A stretch of 64,000 nucleotides of DNA, taken from Nitrososphaeria archaeon (GTDB lineage: Archaea > Thermoproteota > Nitrososphaeria > Geothermarchaeales > JDFR-13). Location of the stretch: contig JALWXN010000004.1 of the NCBI GenBank assembly GCA_027078545.1, positions 142,737 to 206,736 of the forward strand, given 5' to 3'. The stretch's first letter is position 1. Each line of letters opens with the position of its first letter. This document shows positions 30,230 to 40,459 of this stretch, in pieces. The translations under genes and the position numbers were made by a program. Under the pieces are notes generated by a model. That model was not told where the DNA came from and did not search any database. It worked only from the letters and a program-made list of their open reading frames with translations.

Positions 30230-30994
30230 ATGTTTAGAGGCGTCCTAGACAAGGACAAGCTTAAGAGATGGATAAAGATCGTGACGACTATAGACGCCCT
30301 AGTCGAGGAGGCCTGCTTCAGGATATCCCCCGAGCAATTCATGTTCAGAGAGGTGGACAGCACCAGGGTCTCCATGATAAACTTCGTGGCCGAGAAGGAC
30401 TACTTCGACCTCTATGAGTTCAACGCTGATAGCGACATAACCATATGTGTCCAGAGCGACAGGCTCCTCAAATTCTCCAAGCTACTCTCAAAGGCGGACG
30501 AGCTGATCATAGAGGTGGAGGATGGAAAGTTCATACTTGCTAGTACCAAGCCCTATGAGAAGAGGTTTATACTCCCAGCAGCCCTGGAAGAGAGGGAGGC
30601 CCTGAGAATACCCCAGGTAGACTTCAAAGCCAGGGCTAGGATAGTGGTCCCCACCTTGAAGGACATATTCAACGATGCGAGGGCATTGAGCGAGACGATA
30701 ACGATACATGCTGAGGGCAGCGAGATAAGCTTCATAAGCAAGAGTGAGGAGGGGTTCCAGGCAGAGCATAAGCTTAAATATCCTGACAACGTGGAGATCC
30801 TCGACATAGTGGTGGATGAACCCTCCACATCCATATACTCCCTCGAGTATCTATACAGGGTGGTTAAGGAGCTGGCAAGCATCTCAGGCGTAGTCACCCT
30901 AAGCTTCTCCACGGACTACCCCCTCAGCCTAAACTTCGAGATGCTGGAGTATGAGACCTACCAGTTCATCCATGCACCTAGGAGCGAGGAGTGA
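30230..30994 (+). CDS. pcna: DNA sliding clamp PCNA
   Basis: 254 aa, typical PCNA N-terminus 'MFRGVLDKDKLKRWIKIVTTIDALVEE'. Confidence 0.85.
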   Translation: MFRGVLDKDKLKRWIKIVTTIDALVEEACFRISPEQFMFREVDSTRVSMINFVAEKDYFDLYEFNADSDITICVQSDRLLKFSKLLSKADELIIEVEDGKFILASTKPYEKRFILPAALEEREALRIPQVDFKARARIVVPTLKDIFNDARALSETITIHAEGSEISFISKSEEGFQAEHKLKYPDNVEILDIVVDEPSTSIYSLEYLYRVVKELASISGVVTLSFSTDYPLSLNFEMLEYETYQFIHAPRSEE

Positions 30995-31030
30995 TAATAC
31001 CTCCCCACATCCACACATTTATATTTAGGA

Positions 31031-32041
31031 ATGGTGCGTGACCCGATAGAGGAAGAGTTTCTCTGGATGGCTAGATACCCCTTCCACCCCCTTACGAGGG
31101 AGCGGGTATTCGGCCAGCTCCAGGGGTCCATCGAAGACCTGGAGGAGTTCTACAGCGATGCAGTGTCTAGGCTAGGTAGGGCTCTGGCCGGTGAGAAACC
31201 AGTATTAGACGAGAACCCCCACCGCTCACTCGTAGTATTCTATACTACGGTACTGCTGGTGAAGTATCTAGATAACTGGCTGGTGGAGAGACGGTTCGTG
31301 GAATACGAGGCTGAACGGGCCTACAACTATCTGAGGATGGCTGATAAAGACGAGATCCTCAAGGTTTTCAGGGGTATGGGTATCGATCTCAAGATGATTG
31401 ATAATAGGTATGGGGTATACTTCAGGGACTATATACAGGCGACTAGGGATCTCCCCCCAGGCTGGAAGATGATCTACTTCCCCATGGAGAGGGGATATGT
31501 ATACCTCAACAAAAAGTCACTAGCCAGGATAGGTAAGGAGGTGTTTAAAGACGAGATTATCAAGACGATAGAATTGGTCGAGTCTGTCCCATCCTCCATA
31601 GGGGAGGCGGCCAAGGCCTTGGCGGAGGCCTATTCAGACATACTGGAGAGGCTGAGGCCCGAGACCACGTCTATCCAGACGAGGGATGTGGAGAGGTTCC
31701 CGCCATGTATGAAGTATCTATACGCCAATATTGGAAAGGGCCTCCCACACCCTGGCCGCTTCACCATAGTGACCTTCCTACACAAGATGGGGTTCACGGT
31801 AGATGAGATAATATCGCTATTCGCTAGGACACCCGACTTCAATGAGAGGGTGACTAGGTACCAAGTCGAGCATATACTGGGGATGAGGGGTGGAAAGATA
31901 AAATACGATGTACCCAGCTGTAGAAAAATAAAGAGCTTCGGATTCTGCTTCCCAGACGAGATATGTGTCAAGCATAGGATACGCCACCCACTAACCTATG
32001 TGAAGAAGGTGGCTAGGATTGGCGAGCCAGGTGGATCATAG
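31031..32041 (+). CDS. priL: DNA primase large subunit PriL
   Basis: FeS Cys 'FPPCMKY', 'CRKIKSFGFCFPDEIC'. Confidence 0.8.
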   Translation: MVRDPIEEEFLWMARYPFHPLTRERVFGQLQGSIEDLEEFYSDAVSRLGRALAGEKPVLDENPHRSLVVFYTTVLLVKYLDNWLVERRFVEYEAERAYNYLRMADKDEILKVFRGMGIDLKMIDNRYGVYFRDYIQATRDLPPGWKMIYFPMERGYVYLNKKSLARIGKEVFKDEIIKTIELVESVPSSIGEAAKALAEAYSDILERLRPETTSIQTRDVERFPPCMKYLYANIGKGLPHPGRFTIVTFLHKMGFTVDEIISLFARTPDFNERVTRYQVEHILGMRGGKIKYDVPSCRKIKSFGFCFPDEICVKHRIRHPLTYVKKVARIGEPGGS

Positions 32042-33173
32042 ATATATTGAGAGGCTCTTCAGAGCATACTACAGCGAGGAAGTCGCGGAGAAGATATTCC
32101 ACAGCGCGCCGGAGCCTGAGAAGAGGGAGTGGGCATTCCTAAGACTCGATGGGCCGATGGTGAGGCATGTCAAGCTAACCAGTATAGATGATCTATATAG
32201 CCAGCTAGACCCCCCGCCAAAGGGGATATACTACTCACTATCCACATATGAATACCCCGACTATCCAATGCCTGACAAGCAGAGGATAAAGACCGATGTG
32301 GCGTTCGACCTCGACGCGGATCACATTAGGGGGGCCGTCCTACAGGAGGTCTCTAGATGCAAATCCTGTGGATGGATAGGAGAGGGAGACGTGTGTCGAA
32401 AATGTGGGGGAGAGGTTAAGAAGATCCAGTTGGTCGATGATAGGACTATCGAGAGCATCTCTGGAGAGGTCTCCAGGCTCCTAAACAGGCTGGCCGACTA
32501 TCTAGACGTGGATATAGATAGGCTCCGAATATTCTTCAGTGGGCTTAGGGGTTATCACATACATCTCGAGGAGGAGCCCTACAGGTCGCTAGACTCGGTC
32601 GAGCGTATAGAGCTCAAGGACTTCCTCACCCTCGACGGGGTCGAGATACACCTTGCCAAGGAACCCGACTCAGCTATAATCAGGATCCTGGAGGAGTGTA
32701 GAGACATGCTAAGCGAGGTGGAGGACGTATCGGTTAGACAGGTCCTAGAGAGCCTAGTCAATAATACGGGTGATCCTAGGCTCTACGCCAGTATAAGGAA
32801 GAGGCTGAAGGAGGACAGGGTTCTAAGGGAGCGGGTCTCCAGAACAGTTAGGGAGCTCTGCGGAGTAAACATAGACCCGGTAGTAGTGACCGATATGAGC
32901 AGGCTGATCAGGGCTCCATACTCACTACATGGAAAGTCATCCCTCATCAAGACCCCCCTAGATATCGAGGCTTTAGAGGCTCAGGACCCCCCTGTAATAG
33001 CCTTGGCATCGCCATCTAACAACATGGTTAAGGTCCATGTACACTATGTGCCACGCCTAATCTGGGGAGGTAGGGAGATACCCAGTATCCATGACGAAGA
33101 CGTGATACTCCCGGAGCCCCTAGCCATATACCTGGTGAATATGGGTCTAGCCCAGGGTCTTAGACATGTCTAG
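32019..33173 (+). CDS. priS: DNA primase small catalytic subunit PriS
   Basis: 'FDLDADH' catalytic acidic motif; Zn knuckle 'CKSCGWIGEGDVCRKCGG'. Confidence 0.85.
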   Translation: MASQVDHRYIERLFRAYYSEEVAEKIFHSAPEPEKREWAFLRLDGPMVRHVKLTSIDDLYSQLDPPPKGIYYSLSTYEYPDYPMPDKQRIKTDVAFDLDADHIRGAVLQEVSRCKSCGWIGEGDVCRKCGGEVKKIQLVDDRTIESISGEVSRLLNRLADYLDVDIDRLRIFFSGLRGYHIHLEEEPYRSLDSVERIELKDFLTLDGVEIHLAKEPDSAIIRILEECRDMLSEVEDVSVRQVLESLVNNTGDPRLYASIRKRLKEDRVLRERVSRTVRELCGVNIDPVVVTDMSRLIRAPYSLHGKSSLIKTPLDIEALEAQDPPVIALASPSNNMVKVHVHYVPRLIWGGREIPSIHDEDVILPEPLAIYLVNMGLAQGLRHV

Positions 33174-33260
33174 CCCCGGCCTGAGGATCAGTACATAAAC
33201 TATTTATTAACCCCCTCAATTATTTGATGGTTGGTAATCCCTCATCCTACTGATCTATAG

Positions 33261-33908
33261 GTGTACAAGGAGATGAAGATGAACTATACCACGGGTACGA
33301 CCACCCTAGCCCTTAAATACAGGGACGGGGTGGTACTAGCAGCGGATACCAGGGTGACCGCGGGATACCTGATAGCCCATAAGAAGGGTAGGAAGATCCA
33401 TATGATCAAGCCCTACCTCGCCGTGACCATAGCCGGGGTAGTAGCGGATGCCCAGGTTCTAATCGAGCAGCTTAGGAACCACCTGAACCTCTATGAGAAT
33501 ATGTATGGAAGACCCCTATCACTAAGGGCCGCGGCCAACTATCTAAGTCTACTCATGTATTCACACCGCCTCCTCCCCTTCATAACGGAGATGATACTTG
33601 CGGGTAAGGATCGGGATGGCTACAAGATATTCAAGCTGGACCCCCTAGGGAGCGTGATAAGCGATGACTACATGGTATCCGGATCAGGCTCCATGTTCGC
33701 CCTAGGTGTGTTGGAGAACGAGTATAGGCCCGATCTCACGGAGAAGGAGGCCGTGAAGGTTGCCCTGAAGGCCTTGGCAGCCGCCATGAAGCGTGACATA
33801 GCTAGTGGAGACGACTTCATGATAGCCATTATAGATAATAAGGGGTTTAGGGAGGTGTCCACCCCTGATAAGGCGAAGCTCCTGAGTGAGCTGGAGCTTA
33901 GGACATAG
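33261..33908 (+). CDS. psmB: proteasome beta subunit with propeptide
   Basis: 'TTGTTTLALKYRDGVVLAADTRVTAG'. Confidence 0.9.
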   Translation: MYKEMKMNYTTGTTTLALKYRDGVVLAADTRVTAGYLIAHKKGRKIHMIKPYLAVTIAGVVADAQVLIEQLRNHLNLYENMYGRPLSLRAAANYLSLLMYSHRLLPFITEMILAGKDRDGYKIFKLDPLGSVISDDYMVSGSGSMFALGVLENEYRPDLTEKEAVKVALKALAAAMKRDIASGDDFMIAIIDNKGFREVSTPDKAKLLSELELRT

Positions 33909-33948
33909 ATAGGTGATAGTGGCTCGGAATGGCCCATCCACCTAGGAG

Positions 33949-35925
33949 GTGGTTATATTGAGTGTGACTAAGGATAACAAGAAACTATCAGTCCAGGAGT
34001 TGACTCTCCAGATATACCTCCGCCTACAGCAGGAGGGGGTCACGCCGACGAAGATAGAGTATGAGGGACCCGCACTAGCGATATTCACGAAGAATCCAGA
34101 GGTGTTGATAGAGGATCCGGCCAAGATAAGTAGGATTGCGACTGACTATAAGCGGCGCTTAGTCTTTAGATCCTCCCCCAACTACCGTATGGATGCTAGC
34201 CAGGCCAGGGAGAAGATCCTCGAGATACTTGCCAACGAGGGTATAAACCGGGAGCAGGTAAAGATCTTCTTCGACTCTCTCAGGGGAGAGGTACATATAT
34301 TCTTATCAGGCGTGAACGGCCTAGACTTTAGGCGTCTCAGCTACGTAATAGCGAAGGAGACGAAGTGGATACCCAAGTTTAGAAGCTACTACTCCGACGT
34401 CCCAGACGTCCTTAGGGACATATACTCGTCATACAGGAAGAATGGGACCAAGGGTAGGAGGATACTCTCGAGGATAGGTGAGAGGATCTTCAGGGAGCCC
34501 GTCAGGATGAGTAGGGATATCAGGATAATGGGTCTGGGTGGTGTGCAGGAGGTTGGGAGGTCCGCCATTGTACTCGAGACGTCGGAGAGCAAAGTGTTGA
34601 TAGACTTCGGTGTAAAGGTGAATGCAGATGGACTACTGGACTACGTGCCTAGGATCGACGCTATAGACTATCTCATAAACGACCTCGACGCCATCATCCT
34701 GACCCATGCCCACCTAGACCACTCGGGGATGATACCACTCCTCTATAAATATGGGTATCGGGGCCCGGTCTACATGACGGAGCCCACACTACCACTATCC
34801 GTACTCCTGATCAAGGACTTCATGGAGATCTCGAGGAAGAACGGGTTCCCCTCACTCTACAACATGAATGATGTGAAGGAGATGATTAGACACTCGATCC
34901 TACTGAGGTATAAACAGGTCACCGATGTATCGCCAGACATCAAGCTCACCTTCTACAATGCGGGGCATATCCTAGGCTCGGCCATGCCCCATATACACAT
35001 TAGGGAGGGGGTCTACAACATCCTCTTCACAGGGGACTTCAAGTTTGGTAGGACTAGGCTCCTGGAGACGGCCCATTCAGACTTCGCCCGTGTAGAGACC
35101 CTGGTGATGGAGAGTACATATGGAGCGGATACTGATAAGCTGCCTAGCAGGCCAGAGGTTGAGAGGCGCTTCGTAGAGTTCGTCAACAAGATATATGCCC
35201 AGAAGGGTAAGATCCTCATCCCCACACCAGGCGTTGGGAGATCCCAGGAGATGCTCGCCGTGATCCACCACTACATGAAACGGGTAGATCCGGACAGTAA
35301 GCTTAGGATACCTAGTGACATGAAGATCTATATAGATGGGATGATCGACGAGGCCAACAAGCTCCACCACATCTACTCCGAGTATCTACGGAGCGATATC
35401 CACGCAGCCCTCCGCTCAGACGACAATCCATTCAACAATGAGAATATAATCCCCATAACCAACTCATCCAGGAGGGCCGAGGCAATAGAGGATGAGGATC
35501 CAGCCATAATACTATCCACCTCAGGCATGATGCAGGGCGGGCCCGTGATCGAGTACTTCATAAACCTGGCCGGGTCGGAGAGGAACGCGATAGTCTTCGT
35601 GTCCTACCAGGCGCCGAATACCCTGGGACGTAAGATAGTGGATGGCGCCAAGAAGGTGGATATCCTCTATGAAGGCAGGATAAAGACGGTTGATATCTCT
35701 ATGCAGGTCGTGAAGTTCGACGGCTTCACAGGGCATAGTGATAGGAACCAGCTGGTAGGCTTCGTCAGCAGGCTGAAGAGCAAACTGGGTAAGACGTTTA
35801 GAAACGTGTATCTAGTCCATGGAGAGCCGAGTAAGATAGACTCACTATCAAGATTCCTAACAAGGAGGGTTGGCATATACTCCGAGGGGATGAAGCTTCT
35901 ATCGACGGTCCTGCTGAAGGAGTAG
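33949..35925 (+). CDS. aCPSF1/FttA (KH + metallo-beta-lactamase + beta-CASP RNase)
   Basis: 'LTHAHLDHSG', 658 aa, directly after psmB as in most archaea. Confidence 0.9.
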   Translation: MVILSVTKDNKKLSVQELTLQIYLRLQQEGVTPTKIEYEGPALAIFTKNPEVLIEDPAKISRIATDYKRRLVFRSSPNYRMDASQAREKILEILANEGINREQVKIFFDSLRGEVHIFLSGVNGLDFRRLSYVIAKETKWIPKFRSYYSDVPDVLRDIYSSYRKNGTKGRRILSRIGERIFREPVRMSRDIRIMGLGGVQEVGRSAIVLETSESKVLIDFGVKVNADGLLDYVPRIDAIDYLINDLDAIILTHAHLDHSGMIPLLYKYGYRGPVYMTEPTLPLSVLLIKDFMEISRKNGFPSLYNMNDVKEMIRHSILLRYKQVTDVSPDIKLTFYNAGHILGSAMPHIHIREGVYNILFTGDFKFGRTRLLETAHSDFARVETLVMESTYGADTDKLPSRPEVERRFVEFVNKIYAQKGKILIPTPGVGRSQEMLAVIHHYMKRVDPDSKLRIPSDMKIYIDGMIDEANKLHHIYSEYLRSDIHAALRSDDNPFNNENIIPITNSSRRAEAIEDEDPAIILSTSGMMQGGPVIEYFINLAGSERNAIVFVSYQAPNTLGRKIVDGAKKVDILYEGRIKTVDISMQVVKFDGFTGHSDRNQLVGFVSRLKSKLGKTFRNVYLVHGEPSKIDSLSRFLTRRVGIYSEGMKLLSTVLLKE

Positions 35926-35929
35926 CGGC

Positions 35930-36592
35930 ATGGCTATGGAGCGTCTAGTGGATCATCTAGTCGCCATAGGGGCTCTGAAGACGGAGAAGTATATCGAGGT
36001 CTTTAGACGGCTGGATAGGAAGCTATTCATGTGGCCCGGATATGAGGACGAGGCATATCTAGACTCGCCCTCACTCCTCGGGGAGACTGGCCAGACCATA
36101 TCGGCTCCACATATGCATGCATACTACCTCGAGTATAGCGGCGTGTCTGAGGACGACGTAGTCATGGAGGTGGGTGTAGGGAGCGGCTACCTATCAGCCC
36201 TGATAGGCCTATTGATAAAGATGTATGGGGGACGGGGCCACGTATATGGCCTGGAGTATGACCCCCGTCTATACAGCTTCGCAAGGACAAACATATCTAG
36301 GGTGGGCCTCGAGGACCAGGTAACCGTTATACTGGCCAATGGCTACTGGGGCTGGCCACCTAGGGAGGAGAGGGAGCTCTACGACGTCATACTGGTATCA
36401 GCAGCAGTTGATACCCCGCCTCAATACCTACTGGCCCAGCTCAGGGAGGGTGGGCGGATGGTAATACCGGTCGGCCCAGCCCTATACCAGGAGCTCAGGC
36501 TATACATGAAGAGGGGTGGAGCCATAGAGTATAAACCCCTCTTCCCCGTATCCTTCGTGAAGATGAAGGGCTATGAAGGAGGTAGTCTTTAG
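35930..36592 (+). CDS. pcm: protein-L-isoaspartate O-methyltransferase
   Basis: 'VMEVGVGSGYLSA' SAM motif. Confidence 0.85.
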   Translation: MAMERLVDHLVAIGALKTEKYIEVFRRLDRKLFMWPGYEDEAYLDSPSLLGETGQTISAPHMHAYYLEYSGVSEDDVVMEVGVGSGYLSALIGLLIKMYGGRGHVYGLEYDPRLYSFARTNISRVGLEDQVTVILANGYWGWPPREERELYDVILVSAAVDTPPQYLLAQLREGGRMVIPVGPALYQELRLYMKRGGAIEYKPLFPVSFVKMKGYEGGSL

Positions 36593-36992
36593 GGCAAGGG
36601 GGCATCCAAACATATCGGCAACACATAGATCCACATTCGAGATAACCAGGGAAGACTTCCTAACCCCCAGGGGAGACTGTATAATAGGAGTCGAGGCAGA
36701 GCTGGCCTGCAGAGACCTACCAACCACGTTCAAAGAGGCTCTACGAAGTGGAGAAGCCTCACTAGTGATAGAGCTGGAGGTGGAGGGTGTAAAGGAGGTA
36801 GTCAATGCGAGGGGCTCACCCAGGCTGAGCCTAGCATCACCCACATCAATGGTCATCAGAAGGTCGGACTACATAGACGACAGGACACTAGCTATCAAGG
36901 CGGACAAGGCCGCCAGAGACCTCAGCAGAGAACTGGTAAACAGGCTAAAGAATCGAGACGCAACCCTCACCATAAGGCTCAGGATCATTTAA
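36573..36992 (+). CDS. conserved archaeal protein (DUF371-like)
   Basis: ORF, 139 aa; weak family assignment. Confidence 0.4.
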   Translation: MKEVVFRARGHPNISATHRSTFEITREDFLTPRGDCIIGVEAELACRDLPTTFKEALRSGEASLVIELEVEGVKEVVNARGSPRLSLASPTSMVIRRSDYIDDRTLAIKADKAARDLSRELVNRLKNRDATLTIRLRII

Positions 36993-37056
36993 GACCACTC
37001 AATAGATAATCATCTTTAAGTGGGGAATACCCATCAAATATAATATCTATAGAAGT

Positions 37057-37154
37057 GGGCCCGTGGCCTAGCCTGGTCAGAGCCCCTGCCGGGCGGCTAG
37101 GGCGCCCGGCTGATAACCGGGAGGTCGCCGGTTCAAATCCGGCCGGGCCCACCA
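37057..37154 (+). tRNA. tRNA-Ile(GAU) with ~20-nt non-canonical intron between D-stem and anticodon stem (about 25/26)
   Basis: GGGCCCG acceptor, D-arm GCCT-AGCCTGGTCA-GAGC, insert CCTGCCGGGCGGCTAGGGCG, anticodon arm CCCGG-CTGATAA-CCGGG, T-arm, CCA. Confidence 0.7.
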
Positions 37155-37354
37155 ATTAATTCCTTTTTGGTCGCGCTCCTTTTCTTCCCATTCCTTCCCG
37201 AGAAGTTAATCAATATTCGGAAAAATGTAAAGAAAAAGAGGACGTGATGGGTTACAAGTATTGCATAAGTCATGCCTCCCGGGGGGCGCTGAGTTAAGTA
37301 AAAATAGACTGCAATCAGTTTATAACGATTGTGACTTAACTTACATTTTTAAGC

Positions 37355-37948
37355 TTGAAAGGGAGAATGAGATTTGTAAGTGAAATGAGTCTCGGAAGAG
37401 AGACGCAACTTATGACCTATAAAGATAAGGGTAAAACCATTAGGCCTATAAGCGTAACAATGATTAATGACAGTTTTATAGTTGCAGTCTATAAGGGTAA
37501 GAAAAGCGCAGCAGATATAGTAGTAAGATATAGACAAAGATTAAAAAACGGTGGTTGGTCTAGGATTCGAACTCCAAAACATATACACTGGACTGTGGAC
37601 ATTTTATTGAAGATGCTAAAATGTGACAAACTTACTAAAAAATTTCTAGACGAGCTAATAAAAATCTGGGAGAAAGATGTTCATCCACTATCAGAAGAAG
37701 ATGTAAAGAAATTAGACCTTAATCAATTGGTAATCAGTAAGAAAGATATATTGGAAAGGTTTAAAGAACTAAATAGATATGGAGAATATAGTGTTGATTT
37801 CCTCTTATTAATAGCAGAACTTCTCATGTTACAAGAAAAAACAAACTATCCAAGTGGAAAACTATTCCTCATATTGCTAAAAAAACTAAAGGAAGGTGAA
37901 GATCTGTTCAGTATTGTTCAAACAGCTTCACTTCGAAGACTTCAGTGA
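37355..37948 (+). CDS. hypothetical protein in the AT-rich islet
   Basis: ORF in low-GC DNA; no motif. Confidence 0.3.
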   Translation: MKGRMRFVSEMSLGRETQLMTYKDKGKTIRPISVTMINDSFIVAVYKGKKSAADIVVRYRQRLKNGGWSRIRTPKHIHWTVDILLKMLKCDKLTKKFLDELIKIWEKDVHPLSEEDVKKLDLNQLVISKKDILERFKELNRYGEYSVDFLLLIAELLMLQEKTNYPSGKLFLILLKKLKEGEDLFSIVQTASLRRLQ

Positions 37949-38098
37949 GGATAATTGTTGCTTCCTCTACTAGTTAAAAAGGCCAAGCCTGAATAGTTAT
38001 GTTAAAGGCCCTCGTTACAAAAACTGAGTTTATGGTTTCGACTACATTTACTTAGTCTATGAATGGCTCGATAAGGCAGCCTAGTTGTCTATGTTTAA

Positions 38099-39784
38099 TT
38101 ATTTAATTATATTTGCTAGTATGCCCGCTAACAGACTCGTTCTTTTCTCTATTTCTTCTCCGCTCCATTTCTTATATTTATCAACTAAGTATTTGGTGTT
38201 TAATGCTAAACCCGATTTTTTATAAGTCTCTTCCTTTTCATTATAGTTTTTAGAACCTAACTTGATGTTTTCATCCTCCTCTAAGAGAGTTAAATTTCCT
38301 ATTTTATAAACTAATTCAGGATTATCTAGTTTATCACGACGACTAATTGGATAAATATGCTCTAGTGTCAGGTCTTTTGAGGGGCGTTTCGTGTTCTCAG
38401 AGCTCTCAATTTCAAACAGCAAAGCTTTAGCTAATCTTTCATGTTTTCTTTCCTTAAATAAGAATTTAAGTAAACTTTGCTTAAACTCGTTATCCTCTGG
38501 AAATAGGTTACGCAGTTCTTGGTAATATTTTTCAGTGTTATTATTCTCAATAAGCTCTATCAATCGTCGTATTTTCTTTTCAAATTCACTTGGTGATTTA
38601 GAACATATTGTTCGTCTTATAAGTGTATAATATAAAGGTTTTAGTTTCTTCTCTATCTCTTTGTCGTTTATATTTCCTTTAGGATCTGCATATTTTTCAA
38701 GAAGAGCAAACATAATGGGAATGTGTTGTCTTATACCGATGGAGAAAAGAGTAGTTAAATAATCCACTATTGTCTCTTTCTTCCAATATATTTTCGATGG
38801 TGCTGAGATGTTCCTGTAATATATATTAAGAAATCGTTCTAGTTCGTCGAAAAATTGTCTGACATCATCAAGATTATTAATCCTCTTTTTTATTTCTTTA
38901 AAAATATCCTTTTCTCTTACAAAGTCATATTTGTATATAAGATAATATCTTATAACATATTTCAGTTCTCTACTTTCATATTCTGAGAGGAAGCTATTCC
39001 ACTTTTCATCAAAACGTATAACCTGTGTTTGATCCTCAGAATTACTTAGAATACCTAGAAGATAGTTTTTTATAAGGTCTAGTGGAGCTAAGGTAAGCCC
39101 TCTAGCGTTTAAAGTTTCGAAAATTAGAAAAGCGTTATGTTCAGAGTCCACTTCTACTACTACAGTAATTATATTCTCTTTTATCCCGATGTCAACAATC
39201 TTACTTAACCATTCTTCAATTTTCTGATTATTTTTCTTTATTTCTCTATCTATAATTTTATAGGACTCTACATAAGTTGTTAACATATTATTCCATGATG
39301 TATATTTTTTATCGTTTAGAAGTTTTCGCAGTTCCCTTTCCTTTTTCTGTAAAGAACCTTCTTTGATTGTTATAATTTTTTCGTAGAATTGTCTATCAAT
39401 CTTATTAGGAATGACACTTAGTTTCTCATTGCCTACAACATCATGATGACGCATAAGAAACAGTGAATGGATCCTATTGCTAAATTTTGTATAATTCATA
39501 TTAATAAGGTAGTCTCTTAGAGCAGCCAAGAAGAGACAGGTAGTTATTAGTCGTTGTTGACCATCGATTACAACATATTTATTCCTACCCTTTGATGTTA
39601 GAACCATCGGACCAATAAAATATTCCTCTCTAGACCCTTGCTCTATGATATCTAAAATAAATTCCTTTGCTTCCTCTTTCCAAGAATAGCTTCTCTGATT
39701 AATAGGAACTTCAAAATCTCTTGTCTGCAACAACTGTCCTAATGTTTCACTCCTAACATCTGTTACAACTTTTTTGTTACTCAT
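38099..39784 (-). CDS. GmrSD-like DUF262 (ParB/Srx-like NTPase) + DUF1524 (His-Me finger nuclease) defense protein
   Basis: 'KYVVIDGQQRLITT' DGQQR motif at the N-terminus; C-terminal 'TLEHIYPIS...NPELVYKIGNLTLLEE' H..N..H-like motif; low-GC context. Confidence 0.75.
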   Translation of the reverse strand: MSNKKVVTDVRSETLGQLLQTRDFEVPINQRSYSWKEEAKEFILDIIEQGSREEYFIGPMVLTSKGRNKYVVIDGQQRLITTCLFLAALRDYLINMNYTKFSNRIHSLFLMRHHDVVGNEKLSVIPNKIDRQFYEKIITIKEGSLQKKERELRKLLNDKKYTSWNNMLTTYVESYKIIDREIKKNNQKIEEWLSKIVDIGIKENIITVVVEVDSEHNAFLIFETLNARGLTLAPLDLIKNYLLGILSNSEDQTQVIRFDEKWNSFLSEYESRELKYVIRYYLIYKYDFVREKDIFKEIKKRINNLDDVRQFFDELERFLNIYYRNISAPSKIYWKKETIVDYLTTLFSIGIRQHIPIMFALLEKYADPKGNINDKEIEKKLKPLYYTLIRRTICSKSPSEFEKKIRRLIELIENNNTEKYYQELRNLFPEDNEFKQSLLKFLFKERKHERLAKALLFEIESSENTKRPSKDLTLEHIYPISRRDKLDNPELVYKIGNLTLLEEDENIKLGSKNYNEKEETYKKSGLALNTKYLVDKYKKWSGEEIEKRTSLLAGILANIIK

Positions 39785-40291
39785 TAGAATAACCTCCTAA
39801 CGACTCTGAATATGTTACCTACTAGCTTGTAATATCTGTTAAATATTTGCTTCAATTACATATATAAGTCGATTCCTTACACAAACACTGGGAAGAAAGT
39901 TCAAAGACTATATTAATTCCTTTATGTAAATAATTATTTCGAACAAGTTCCTCATTTAAGAACATGGGTGGGAAACCTATTATAAACCTGAGTTTGCAAC
40001 ACTTTGTCTTATAGGTGTTCAGCTACGAGAAATATAGTATATTATATGCATATGAACATCTCCATTGACAATAGTGATAATAATGATGTAAAAGTTTGAA
40101 TGAATCTTCAAGAACATCCAGGACTTTCAGATAAATTGTGAAGGGGGAAAGGGTAGTCTGATATATATTCTACTTTCAATTAGATACTTCCAACCAAGAC
40201 TTATCTATAACAAGTTAAAAAAATCAATGAAGAGGCCATAGAAAACCGGACAAACTTTATAAAACCGGAGTCTGAAAATATAGAGTTGACT

Positions 40292-40389
40292 GCCCCGGTG
40301 GTGTAGCCCGGCCAGCATACCGGCCTGTCGACAAGTATCCACGGGCGGTCAGCCGGTGGACCCGGGTTCAAATCCCGGCCGGGGCGCCA
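40292..40389 (+). tRNA. tRNA-Asp(GUC) with ~20-nt anticodon-loop intron
   Basis: GCCCCGG/CCGGGGC acceptor, G73, anticodon stem CCGGC/GCCGG enclosing CTGTCG+intron+A, CCA encoded. Confidence 0.75.
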
Positions 40390-40459
40390 AAAGTCCTAAT
40401 TATAACGGAAGGATTGAGAATACCTATGAGTCTAGCCCCTAGGATCTCTGATTCATTTT

